From the NCBI GenBank assembly GCA_900317165.1, contig ONFU01000009.1, forward strand, positions 1 through 63,887: a DNA stretch of 63,887 bases. The letters are read 5' to 3'. Positions 1-7,372 of the stretch are shown here, piece by piece. How positions within the stretch are numbered: position 1 is the stretch's first letter; every line of letters starts with the position of its first letter. The notes beneath the pieces are model-generated. The model saw only the letters and a list, made by a program, of their open reading frames with translations. It did no database searches and was not told where the DNA came from. The DNA is from an uncultured Erysipelotrichaceae bacterium (GTDB lineage Bacteria; Bacillota_I; Bacilli_A; RFN20; CAG-826). The translations under genes were made by a program, and so were the position numbers.

Positions 1-2573
1 GCGGCCGAATCGGTCTTGAAGTCGATGACCGTGTCGTTCATGTGGTTAGCGACCAAATAGTTGTAGATATCCACTGATGGATAAGGAACCTCGTTCTTGT
101 TGATGGCCATATGGAAACTGAGGTTGGTCGTGTTGAAATTGGTGTAGAGGGAATATTGGTGGTTCGGGGAGATATAGACGATGCGGTTTTGATCATCGAA
201 CTCCTGGGTGAAACCTAATTCATATAAGGAATATGGGTATTCGTTATAGACGGTCATGGCCTTCTTTTCGCCATCATACATAAGGCCTTGAATCTCGAAG
301 CGTCCAGATTCTGGACCATCGGTCTTGAGGTCGAACAATTTGACGTTGCCAAGTTTTGGTAACGGATCGGTGAATCCGAAGGCTGCCAATGTTTCCGCGA
401 CGAGTTTGCTATCCCAAGCATCAGGTGCATCGGGGATGACGTATTTGGTTGGGGTGACGCCTTCAGCAAGGCCAAAGACCATCTTGGAGGTCATCGATTT
501 GACGCTACCCATGCCATCGGTATAGACCTCGGTTACCTCAAAGAACAGTTCGTTCTTCTTGGCGTCGAGATAGAACCTCTTGGCGAAAGTCGTATCTCCG
601 GATGCGCCATTGATGACCTGGTCTTCGCCATTGAAGTCGATCGCGTAGATGTCCTCGCCATAATATTTATCGGAGGCTGCGGTTGGCTCAATGGAATAGG
701 AACCGCGGACGACGAATTCGTTTTGCTCGATCCTCCCAGATTCCGGAACCATCGCGAACTTAGCTTCGCCATATCCTTCCTCGAAGAGGCTGATCGCGGA
801 ATTCGCATATCCTTGTTGGTAACGCAAAGCCAAGTTGTCGTCTCCGCCTTCAAGTCTCGTAAGTTCCTTGAAGTTGAAGAGTTTGTTTTCGACTAACTGT
901 TCGTAATTATCATCATGAGGATCCTCTGGGAGATTATCCAAACGGCTTGGGGAATCGTTGACGGCTTCGAATTCGATGCCGCCTTTGAAAGAGACGCTTG
1001 AGCCGGCACCCTTGGAGGTGGTGATATAGCCTTCTGCCTTGAAGGATTCGGTGGAAGGAAGGTAATCGAAGTACATGTAATCGCCTAGGACGAAGACTTC
1101 CTGTCCGTAATCATTGATGTGATCACCATGATAGTATTTGCCGGCCTTGCCATTGAAGTAGGTTTCCAAAATAACTTCGGAGTAGACATACGAATCACTG
1201 ACTTCGGAATCGAAATGGCCCAAGAAGGCGTAATTGATTCTGCCGTCTGCTGAGGTGGAATACATCTCAAACGAAGCTCCGGTGATGTTTCCGTCATCAT
1301 CAATTTCGCCGTCATCGAAGAAGGAGACGGTGATGGTGGAGAGGAAGTTTTCGAGCCATTCCTTGGTGTATTTTGGATCTTCGGAATAACCATCCGCCAT
1401 AGATTCGGCCTTATATTTAAGGGTTAACCCCGCAAATGGATTGAGCTTATCGTCTTCCTGGCTCTCCGCGACGACGGTGATTTCGCAGGTCGCGATTAAT
1501 TTGCCTAAGGTGGCCGTGATGGTCGCCTTGCCTTCAGCAACGGCAGTCACGATGCCATATTCGTTAACGATGACGACGTTTTCGTTGCTGGAATTGAAAG
1601 TCGGCATCGAAGGAGTGGCGTCAGCCGGTTCAAAGATCATCGAGAGGGATTTGCTCTCGCCGACTTTCAAGGTCAAAGCCTTATCTACGAACTCGATTTT
1701 GGTGACATCGACGCCTGGGGCGACTTCCGGCAAAGTAACCTCTGTTGTGCCCCATTTTTCGGTGGTGATATTGACTGAGCCTCCTCCAGTAGGAGCGGAC
1801 GCTTTGTAAGACATCGAAATCAATTTCTGATCTTCGAATTTGATGACGATATCGGTGACATTGACTTCAAAGGTTCCTTCATCGTCTTCCATAACCCAAA
1901 CGTCGGAGGCTTTGACATAGGCATGAAGATCGCCATTGAAGGTGAACTCATTGAAGGCCCATGGATGGATGAAGGTTCCTACGATTGCCATGTATTGGGT
2001 AGCGACCGCGGCGCTTACGTTTACTTTTGTCCATTTGCCATCGCTGGATTGGACGTACATATCGTAAGTGCCATCTTGTTTAGGAACCGTATATGTGTTG
2101 AATTCCGATTCGCCGCCGACGGCTTTCAAATGGAGCTTGCCGTTTTCGTTTTCGATGAGGACTGTTTCGGTCGAGCCGTTATCTTGAACGGCCACGATAT
2201 TGAAGGTCAGGTTGTTGTTTACGCCAAAATAACCACCTCTTGTGATGTTCTCGGTCCAGAGGTTTTCGCTGACTTTATATTTTTCAAGCCCTTGTTCGCT
2301 GCTTGATTGATCGGGGCTTGTGGATTCCGATGATTCCACGGGCCCCGTTTCAGAAGAATCGTGTTCGCCTTCGCTTGAAGCGGATGATTCTCCGGAAGTC
2401 GATTCACCTTCGCTTGGTCTTGAAGTAGATGACTCCTCGGTGGTTAATGAGGTTGTCGCGCTGCCTTCGCTTCCGCCACTAGAGGAAGAGGATTCTGGAG
2501 CAACGCCAGGAGAGCAACTCGCCAAAAGGGCGGTCAGGGCAACCGCTGATAAAAGAATAAATGACCGTTTCAT
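1..2573 (-). CDS. Surface lipoprotein with Ser/Glu-rich linker and bacterial Ig-like (Big_2-type) domain; C-terminus runs off the left edge
   Basis: Absent from the supplied ORF track because it is open to the window edge. Reverse-strand ATG at 2573-2571 is preceded by GGAGGA. N-terminus MKRSFILLSAVALTALLASC is a signal peptide plus lipobox (LASC), followed by an S/E/G-rich linker. Segment VTKIEFVDKALTLKVGESKSL...IVTAVAEGKATITATLG fits the Big_2 pattern. My manual translation stays open to position 1. Track ORFs in 254-2598 are off-frame shadows. Confidence 0.8.
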   Translation of the reverse strand, partial: MKRSFILLSAVALTALLASCSPGVAPESSSSSGGSEGSATTSLTTEESSTSRPSEGESTSGESSASSEGEHDSSETGPVESSESTSPDQSSSEQGLEKYKVSENLWTENITRGGYFGVNNNLTFNIVAVQDNGSTETVLIENENGKLHLKAVGGESEFNTYTVPKQDGTYDMYVQSSDGKWTKVNVSAAVATQYMAIVGTFIHPWAFNEFTFNGDLHAYVKASDVWVMEDDEGTFEVNVTDIVIKFEDQKLISMSYKASAPTGGGSVNITTEKWGTTEVTLPEVAPGVDVTKIEFVDKALTLKVGESKSLSMIFEPADATPSMPTFNSSNENVVIVNEYGIVTAVAEGKATITATLGKLIATCEITVVAESQEDDKLNPFAGLTLKYKAESMADGYSEDPKYTKEWLENFLSTITVSFFDDGEIDDDGNITGASFEMYSTSADGRINYAFLGHFDSEVSDSYVYSEVILETYFNGKAGKYYHGDHINDYGQEVFVLGDYMYFDYLPSTESFKAEGYITTSKGAGSSVSFKGGIEFEAVNDSPSRLDNLPEDPHDDNYEQLVENKLFNFKELTRLEGGDDNLALRYQQGYANSAISLFEEGYGEAKFAMVPESGRIEQNEFVVRGSYSIEPTAASDKYYGEDIYAIDFNGEDQVINGASGDTTFAKRFYLDAKKNELFFEVTEVYTDGMGSVKSMTSKMVFGLAEGVTPTKYVIPDAPDAWDSKLVAETLAAFGFTDPLPKLGNVKLFDLKTDGPESGRFEIQGLMYDGEKKAMTVYNEYPYSLYELGFTQEFDDQNRIVYISPNHQYSLYTNFNTTNLSFHMAINKNEVPYPSVDIYNYLVANHMNDTVIDFKTDSA

Positions 2574-2899
2574 ATTTGGTCCTCCATTGCAAAAATAATT
2601 TAAGGCTTTATGTGCGGTTAGACAAGGATTATATGTATATAATCTATGCTCGTGCATACACGCAAATTGGCATTTTCGACCACCGTTTCTAAAGATTTTA
2701 CGGTTTTGCGAAATCTCTAATTTAGTATCCATTTTGTTAATTTTAGATTCGCGCTTACGCACGTGTTCTTAAGCGTGCGAGAATGGCGTTTGGAAAAATA
2801 AAAATTTTTTGAAATTTCTTTGCAAAAATGTGGTGAGAAATTCAAAAAGATTAGAAATAATCGAAGAAAAATATTAATAAAAAAATTTTTAAAAAACTC

Positions 2900-2927
2900 T
2901 TGACAAGGATAAAAATATCTCCATAAT
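2900..2927 (+). promoter_or_regulatory. Sigma70-type promoter with A/T-rich UP-like tract, driving the 2931-4153 RNA
   Basis: TTGACA (2900-2905), 16-nt spacer, CATAAT (2922-2927). Positions 2820-2899 are almost pure A/T (aaaaatttttaaaaaactc just upstream of the -35). Confidence 0.6.
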
Positions 2928-3003
2928 TATGCTCCTGCCGCTTGAAAAGGCGACAGTAAGGAGCTAAGGTCCTTCTGGTAACAGGGGTGACCCGTTAAGC
3001 TCC

Positions 3004-3030
3004 GGGAGCTGGAACTTCGCTCCCAAGAAG
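3004..3030 (+). repeat. ncRNA hairpin module A: GGGAGC-UGGAACUUC-GCUCCC followed by AAGAAG
   Basis: Read directly; shares loop and 3' tail with modules B-D, stem differs but remains complementary. Confidence 0.75.
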
Positions 3031-3134
3031 ATCGCGGCCGAGTCGAGTCGAGCGAGCCGAACCGCAACATGGTCAAAGCCGTGTTGTCAGGAGTTAGGGT
3101 AACCGAGTAATCGGTCGAAACCCGCCAAGCTCCA

Positions 3135-3160
3135 GGGTCTGGAAATTCGACCCTAAGAAG
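3135..3160 (+). repeat. ncRNA hairpin module B: GGGUC-UGGAAAUUC-GACCC followed by UAAGAAG
   Basis: Read directly; 5' flank ACCCGCCAAGCUCC parallels ACCCGUUAAGCUCC before module A. Confidence 0.75.
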
Positions 3161-3384
3161 ATTGGGGAGCGTGCTTCTCAATCCGCAGCGAACCCCCTGC
3201 AGCGATGCAGGCGCCGGCTACCGTACCTTGAGTAATCTAGGAACCGGGCACAAGTCGGAACACCTTGCTTGGGTGTTGAGAAAGGGAATGGGAAACCTGA
3301 ACCAAGGCCAAGCAACGGCGATAATGTATCGTCGGTACCGGATAGGGCAGCGGAAGTAATTCCGCCGAACCTGCAGAAGCCGGA

Positions 3385-3410
3385 AGGTCTGGAACTTCGA
3401 CCTTAAGAAA
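3385..3410 (+). repeat. ncRNA hairpin module C: AGGUC-UGGAACUUC-GACCU followed by UAAGAAA
   Basis: Read directly; same loop as module A with a co-varied stem. Confidence 0.7.
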
Positions 3411-3510
3411 ACCGCTGGACACGTCTAGCGGATCGAACCGTGGGAAACGGTAGAACGCTTCCCTGATCGCATAGGGTCTTCTGAGAAATTGGTTTGACCT
3501 GATAAGGCGA

Positions 3511-3539
3511 GCGGTCTGGCACACATCGGCCGCAAGAAG
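3511..3539 (+). repeat. ncRNA hairpin module D: GCGGUC-UGGCACACAUC-GGCCGC followed by AAGAAG
   Basis: Read directly; loop keeps 5' UGG and 3' UC, stem includes one U-G wobble. Confidence 0.6.
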
Positions 3540-4127
3540 GAACCGCGCAAGTGGTTCACAACCCGGAGCCGTGAGAGAAATCTCGCGCAGCTGGCTAGGG
3601 CGACTGCGATAGCATCAAGGACCCGCCTTCGCAAGCCAGGCGGTTAGCTTCCGACCGTACGAAGGCCGAGAGACGAAAGTCTCCAGTCGAGAGGGAGCGC
3701 ACATCACGTAAGTGGTGTGGTCCGGAGAGGGTACGATCTCACGAAGATCGCAACCCGTTAACAAACCGGGCGGCAAGGTAACCCCGCCGCAAGAAGGGCA
3801 AGGAAAACAGGCCTTGTCCGGAGTGGTCCGCTCCATGGGCAAAACCATGGAAGTCCAGTTAGGGCGCTTGAGCGATCAAGAATTCCTGCTAAAACTGGGG
3901 AAGATGATTGGCGCTCCCTGCCGATCACCGTCCAAGAAGGAAGGCTGTCAGGTCTTCCGCCGCCAGGAGGAGCGGTTAAGAAAAACCTTCTACTTCCGGA
4001 AAAGGGAAAGGCTGAGGACAAAAGCCCTCTCCCGGGATCCGGCGCCTTGTATCAGGCGAGAAGAACCAAAGCGTAAGTCAGGGTTCAAAGATGCGCCAGG
4101 GAAGCCACCTGATCGATTGGCTTGGGA

Positions 4128-4153
4128 GGGTGAGAGTGATCTCATCCTTTTTT
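4128..4153 (+). terminator. Intrinsic terminator ending the 2931-4153 RNA
   Basis: GGGTGAGA (4128-4135), loop GTGA, TCTCATCC (4140-4147), then TTTTTT (4148-4153). Confidence 0.75.
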
Positions 4154-4227
4154 GTTATTTATTGGCTATCGGTTTGCAAAAAAGTACTATAGTTTCGTGT
4201 AGCAAAAGTTCGAAAAGGAGGAAAAGT

Positions 4228-4779
4228 ATGAAAAAAACATTTCCTTTGCCTTTAATCTTAATGTGCCTTTCTTCATGTGGAGGTCAAGCCAATCCATATG
4301 GGACGATAGACCAAGAATCCTTAACTGCCATTTCCGGAAGTTATTATTTCTACGCGCCTAATGGCTGGTATGAAGAGAATCCAGAATGCGAACCCGTTAC
4401 CCTAGAGCTTAGAAGCGACTTAACCTACACGATTAATCTCGGAGAAGAATCCTATCAGCAAAAATACGAGATCCATCGCGTCAAAAACGAGGCCGCTAGA
4501 GATTATCAATATGCCGGAAGCATCGGCGATCCTTACCCCGAGGATAAAATACACAGCTATTCGATTGCCTTCGATTTTATCGATAAGGAACTCCCCTCTC
4601 CTTTAGCCTCTTCCTTCAGCCATTATAAAATGTCTTATCAATTCATCTATGTGGCCGTTGAGAAATACGGTTCGTATAAAAAAGGCACCACGTGGCTCAC
4701 CAAATATGGGGCCGCCATGGCAGATCCTATCTATGAGAGGGATCCAGATAGTAGGGGCATGACCTTCTATAAAGATTAA
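4228..4779 (+). CDS. Small lipoprotein, function unknown
   Basis: ATG at 4228 is preceded by AAAGGAGGA. MKKTFPLPLILMCLSSCGG is a signal peptide plus lipobox (LSSC). The track ORF 3712-4779 over-extends upstream through the terminator. Confidence 0.8.
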   Translation: MKKTFPLPLILMCLSSCGGQANPYGTIDQESLTAISGSYYFYAPNGWYEENPECEPVTLELRSDLTYTINLGEESYQQKYEIHRVKNEAARDYQYAGSIGDPYPEDKIHSYSIAFDFIDKELPSPLASSFSHYKMSYQFIYVAVEKYGSYKKGTTWLTKYGAAMADPIYERDPDSRGMTFYKD

Positions 4780-4852
4780 GCTTTATTAATAACCACTTAG
4801 CAAAAAAGCGTTTAGGTATTACAATACTTCCATATCTTAAAGGAGCAAACAA

Positions 4853-5080
4853 ATGGCAACCAAAGTCTATCATGTTTCCAAACGCGAAAAAGACGGCAAA
4901 TGGCAGGTCTTTATTCAGGGCAGCGATAAGGTCATCAAACTCTTCGATACCCGCAAGGAAGCCGAAGAATACTGCAAAGAGATGGCCAAGAACCAAGACG
5001 CCACCCTTCTCGTCCACAAATCCAAGGGCGAAAACAAAGGCAAAATTGATAAAGCCGTCCATAAATCCACCAAAAAGTAA
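4853..5080 (+). CDS. DUF2188-like small protein
   Basis: SD AAAGGAG. MATKVYHVSKREKDGKWQV...FDTRKEAEEYCKEMAKNQDATLLVHKSKG resembles the DUF2188 pattern. Confidence 0.65.
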   Translation: MATKVYHVSKREKDGKWQVFIQGSDKVIKLFDTRKEAEEYCKEMAKNQDATLLVHKSKGENKGKIDKAVHKSTKK

Positions 5081-5088
5081 TTTAAGCT

Positions 5089-5655
5089 ATGAGTGCTAGA
5101 GGAACGGCTAACCGCGATTCCTCAATCTTTCTTGAATTAGTTCGCTTCGTCTTGATCGGGGCCTATGCCACGGTCATCGATTACGTTGTCGAAGTATGGC
5201 TTGAATCCCTCCTTTCAGGATGGATTACTTCCAACCCCGGAAATCACCTATTCGCCTTTATGGCGACCTTTGTAATCGGGCTCGTGGGCTTCCTTTTCGG
5301 AACCCCGGCCACCTGGTCCTTAAGCGCGGTTTGGGGATTCCGCAACGTCGAAGACGAGAGAAAGGGCAAATCCTTAAAAGGCGCGTTGATCTTCACCGCC
5401 TTCGCCTTCGCTGGATTGGTCCTAGCTTCGATTATCCAATTCCTTGGCTACATGACTTGCCTTGAATGGACGAATCTGAACATCAACATTCTCAACATCA
5501 ATTTCTCGACCCTCTTCAAAGAGGACGTCGCGACTTTCTGGGCCTTCACGATTATCTTCGTTTTGAAGACGGTCGTCTCGATGACGTTCAATTACCTCAC
5601 GAGGAAATTCATTATCTTCAGGGCCCCCAAGAAGAAAGAAGAACCCGCGGAATAA
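5089..5655 (+). CDS. GtrA-family membrane protein
   Basis: LVRFVLIGAYATVIDYVVEVWL start and four predicted TM helices are typical of GtrA-like proteins. Confidence 0.7.
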   Translation: MSARGTANRDSSIFLELVRFVLIGAYATVIDYVVEVWLESLLSGWITSNPGNHLFAFMATFVIGLVGFLFGTPATWSLSAVWGFRNVEDERKGKSLKGALIFTAFAFAGLVLASIIQFLGYMTCLEWTNLNINILNINFSTLFKEDVATFWAFTIIFVLKTVVSMTFNYLTRKFIIFRAPKKKEEPAE

Positions 5656-5656
5656 G

Positions 5657-5695
5657 AAAAACGAACCCAATTTAGATACATGGGTTCGTTTTTTC
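5657..5695. terminator. Bidirectional intrinsic terminator between convergent genes
   Basis: AAAAACGAACCCA (5657-5669) pairs with TGGGTTCGTTTTT (5681-5693); A/T runs on both sides. Confidence 0.75.
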
Positions 5696-5699
5696 ATAA

Positions 5700-6188
5700 T
5701 TAATCAACGTAGATTTCTTTGGTTTCGTCGAAGTTGGCGATGGTATCTGGAGAAGGATCGAGATAATTAAGGGCCATATCGCGGATAACTTCATCCGGGA
5801 CCCATTTATCCTCTCTCCTTTGCTTGTTCCTGATGATGCATTTTTCATAATCATGGAGTTTGAGGAGATAGAGGCAATAATAATCAAACATCGGGAGATG
5901 ACGACGGAAGTAGAGCCTTCTTTCATCAAATAGCATCGTTGTATCGAAGATAACGGTGATCGATTCGTTTTCTTCCGCGAGTTTGGCAGCTCGATTAATC
6001 ATCTCGTTATAAACGAGCATCATGTTGTTGTTGGGTGGGAAATTACGATACGAACCATATAATTCGCATCTTAAATCGTCCGCGGAGATAATAACCACCT
6101 TTTCATCCGGATGGCTATTACGATATCCGTTGCTCCAAGTTGATTTTCCGATCGCGGCCGGCCCGCAAACCAATATCAGTTTTTTCAT
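5700..6188 (-). CDS. Stand-alone P-loop kinase, T4 polynucleotide-kinase-like (AAA_33 type)
   Basis: MKKLILVCGPAAIGKSTWSNGY Walker A, SADDLR, DTTML...RR and VPDEVIRDM parallel the T4 Pnk kinase-domain motifs. Confidence 0.7.
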   Translation of the reverse strand: MKKLILVCGPAAIGKSTWSNGYRNSHPDEKVVIISADDLRCELYGSYRNFPPNNNMMLVYNEMINRAAKLAEENESITVIFDTTMLFDERRLYFRRHLPMFDYYCLYLLKLHDYEKCIIRNKQRREDKWVPDEVIRDMALNYLDPSPDTIANFDETKEIYVD

Positions 6189-6298
6189 ACGCGCACATCA
6201 TACGCGAAAAGAGCCTCTCTTCCAAATAAAAAAACTGCGAAAACAATAAGGACAACCTTTTTATGGAAATAAATGTTAATTAAAGTTAAACTAACCAC

Positions 6299-6670
6299 AT
6301 GAGAAAATACACCGAAAGCCAAGAGGACTTCGTCGAAGCCCTATTGATGTTAGAAAGAAAAGGAGAACCATTAGAGACGACCAGAGTCGCTAAACTCCTA
6401 GGGATCTCCAAACCCGCCGTTCACCAAATGGGAGACAGCATGATCGACCGCGGACTTATTGAACGAGTCGATTACGGCGACATGAGCTTAACCGAAAAAG
6501 GTAGGGCCCTTGCGGAAGAGATCCTCAATCGCCACGAAACGTTGAAAGCCTATCTTATAAAACTCGGCGTTAATGAAAAAATCGCCGAGGAGGACTGCTG
6601 CCGAATCGAACATTCGATTTCCGAAGAGACCTTTTTGGCGATAAGCCATGAATTAGAAACAAAGAAATAA
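6299..6670 (+). CDS. DtxR/MntR-family metal-dependent transcriptional repressor
   Basis: ESQEDFVEALLMLERKG...TRVAKLLGISKPAVHQMGDSMIDRGLIERV...LTEKGRALAEEILNRHETLKAYL is a winged HTH plus dimerisation helix. Confidence 0.8.
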   Translation: MRKYTESQEDFVEALLMLERKGEPLETTRVAKLLGISKPAVHQMGDSMIDRGLIERVDYGDMSLTEKGRALAEEILNRHETLKAYLIKLGVNEKIAEEDCCRIEHSISEETFLAISHELETKK

Positions 6671-6693
6671 CTTAGAAACCCCTTGGAGTATGT

Positions 6694-7077
6694 TTATACA
6701 ATTTCCTTATCCAAAAAGCAATGGAGGGATACGTTTTCCGAAACGATTGGCAAAAGAAAGCGGGTTCTGACTTTATCAAGAGCGACCGCCTTTTGGAATT
6801 CCCTGATAAAAGAGGTTTCAAGCAAGGCGTCAATGATGCAAAGCAAATACCTCTCAAAAGCCAAATAAGAAGGGGCATCCATCTCTTTTGGGACAAAAAC
6901 ACCTTCTTTTTTCTCTAATAATAAGGCTTCTAATGGCGCGGGAATCTCATCGATTCGTAACGCGGAATGAGCGGAATATAAAAGGACGTCACGAACATAC
7001 GTTGAGCATTCCTCCTCGTTCTCAAAGAAGGGAATGAGAAGTGCGTAATTCCTTTTGACTTCCTCTAGATGATCCAT
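6694..7077 (-). CDS. Hypothetical protein
   Basis: 127-aa track ORF; upstream TATAAT (reverse complement of 7099-7104) and a weak SD. No recognisable motif. Confidence 0.5.
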   Translation of the reverse strand: MDHLEEVKRNYALLIPFFENEEECSTYVRDVLLYSAHSALRIDEIPAPLEALLLEKKEGVFVPKEMDAPSYLAFERYLLCIIDALLETSFIREFQKAVALDKVRTRFLLPIVSENVSLHCFLDKEIV

Positions 7078-7372
7078 TGCTTCTCTCGCTACGGGGGTAT
7101 TATACGCATATGCGCATTTAAGAAAATAAAATTATGTTTTTAAGGCATGGCAGACTTTGTTTGAGGCAAGTTTCCTAATTTCCCTTCATATTTGTCTTTT
7201 CTATGTCGTTTTTAGCCCGTTTTCTTAAAGAATAGAGAAAATAAAACTAAATTTACTTCCAAAAAAGTTTCGAATAAAACTAGATTTAAGTTCTATTGAA
7301 GAGTTGCCTATTGCTTTATTTTCCCAAAAAGGCATAATTTTGATGTTGCTTTCATAAAAAATAGGAGTTTTT

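Larger units (their letters stand above)
2931..4153 (+). ncRNA. Candidate giant (~1.2 kb) highly structured non-coding RNA, family unassigned
   Basis: 1.65-kb gap between CDSs, bounded by the promoter at 2900-2927 and the intrinsic terminator at 4128-4153. G+C is roughly 55-60% by eye against about 22-30% in the flanks. Only short, SD-less, mutually overlapping ORFs occur on both strands. Many GNRA-capped hairpins are present (3197-3210, 3540-3557, 3670-3683, 3700-3719 and others). Four paralogous hairpins show compensatory stem changes. The 5' end is approximate. Confidence 0.7.

Noticed and set aside
254-2598. Six short track ORFs on both strands at the left end
   Set aside because: All are off-frame shadows of the long minus-strand lipoprotein ORF (1-2573). 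The track omitted that ORF because it is open at the window edge.
2927-4021. Short track ORFs (65-95 aa) on both strands inside the 2931-4153 region
   Set aside because: They overlap each other in different frames and on both strands. They lack SD sequences and have GC-driven Arg/Pro/Gly/Ser-rich composition. They cut across GNRA-capped hairpins. This fits random ORFs in a GC-rich RNA gene.
2931-4153. Giant RNA region as a known element: group II intron, RNase P RNA, tmRNA, rRNA fragment, riboswitch/leader, retron or transposon-associated guide RNA
   Set aside because: There is no intron-encoded or adjacent RT, IscB, TnpB or recombinase ORF. None of the diagnostic motifs I can recall (RNase P P4, tmRNA CCA-end and tag ORF, group II domain V) is present. 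The unit has its own terminator well before the next gene, so it is not a leader. A proper Rfam scan is still required.
3712-4779. 355-aa track ORF spanning the end of the GC-rich region and the small lipoprotein gene
   Set aside because: The first 172 codons have no SD, an R/K/G/P-rich junk-like composition, and run straight through the intrinsic terminator at 4128-4153. The in-frame ATG at 4228 has a strong AAAGGAGGA SD and starts a textbook lipoprotein signal peptide. Only 4228-4779 is called as a gene.
7078-7372. GlnR/TnrA operator (TGTNAN7TNACA) or other nitrogen-control element upstream of glnA
   Set aside because: I scanned the 295-bp region by eye and no TGTNA...TNACA site is present. 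Only generic A/T-rich promoter-like sequence was seen.
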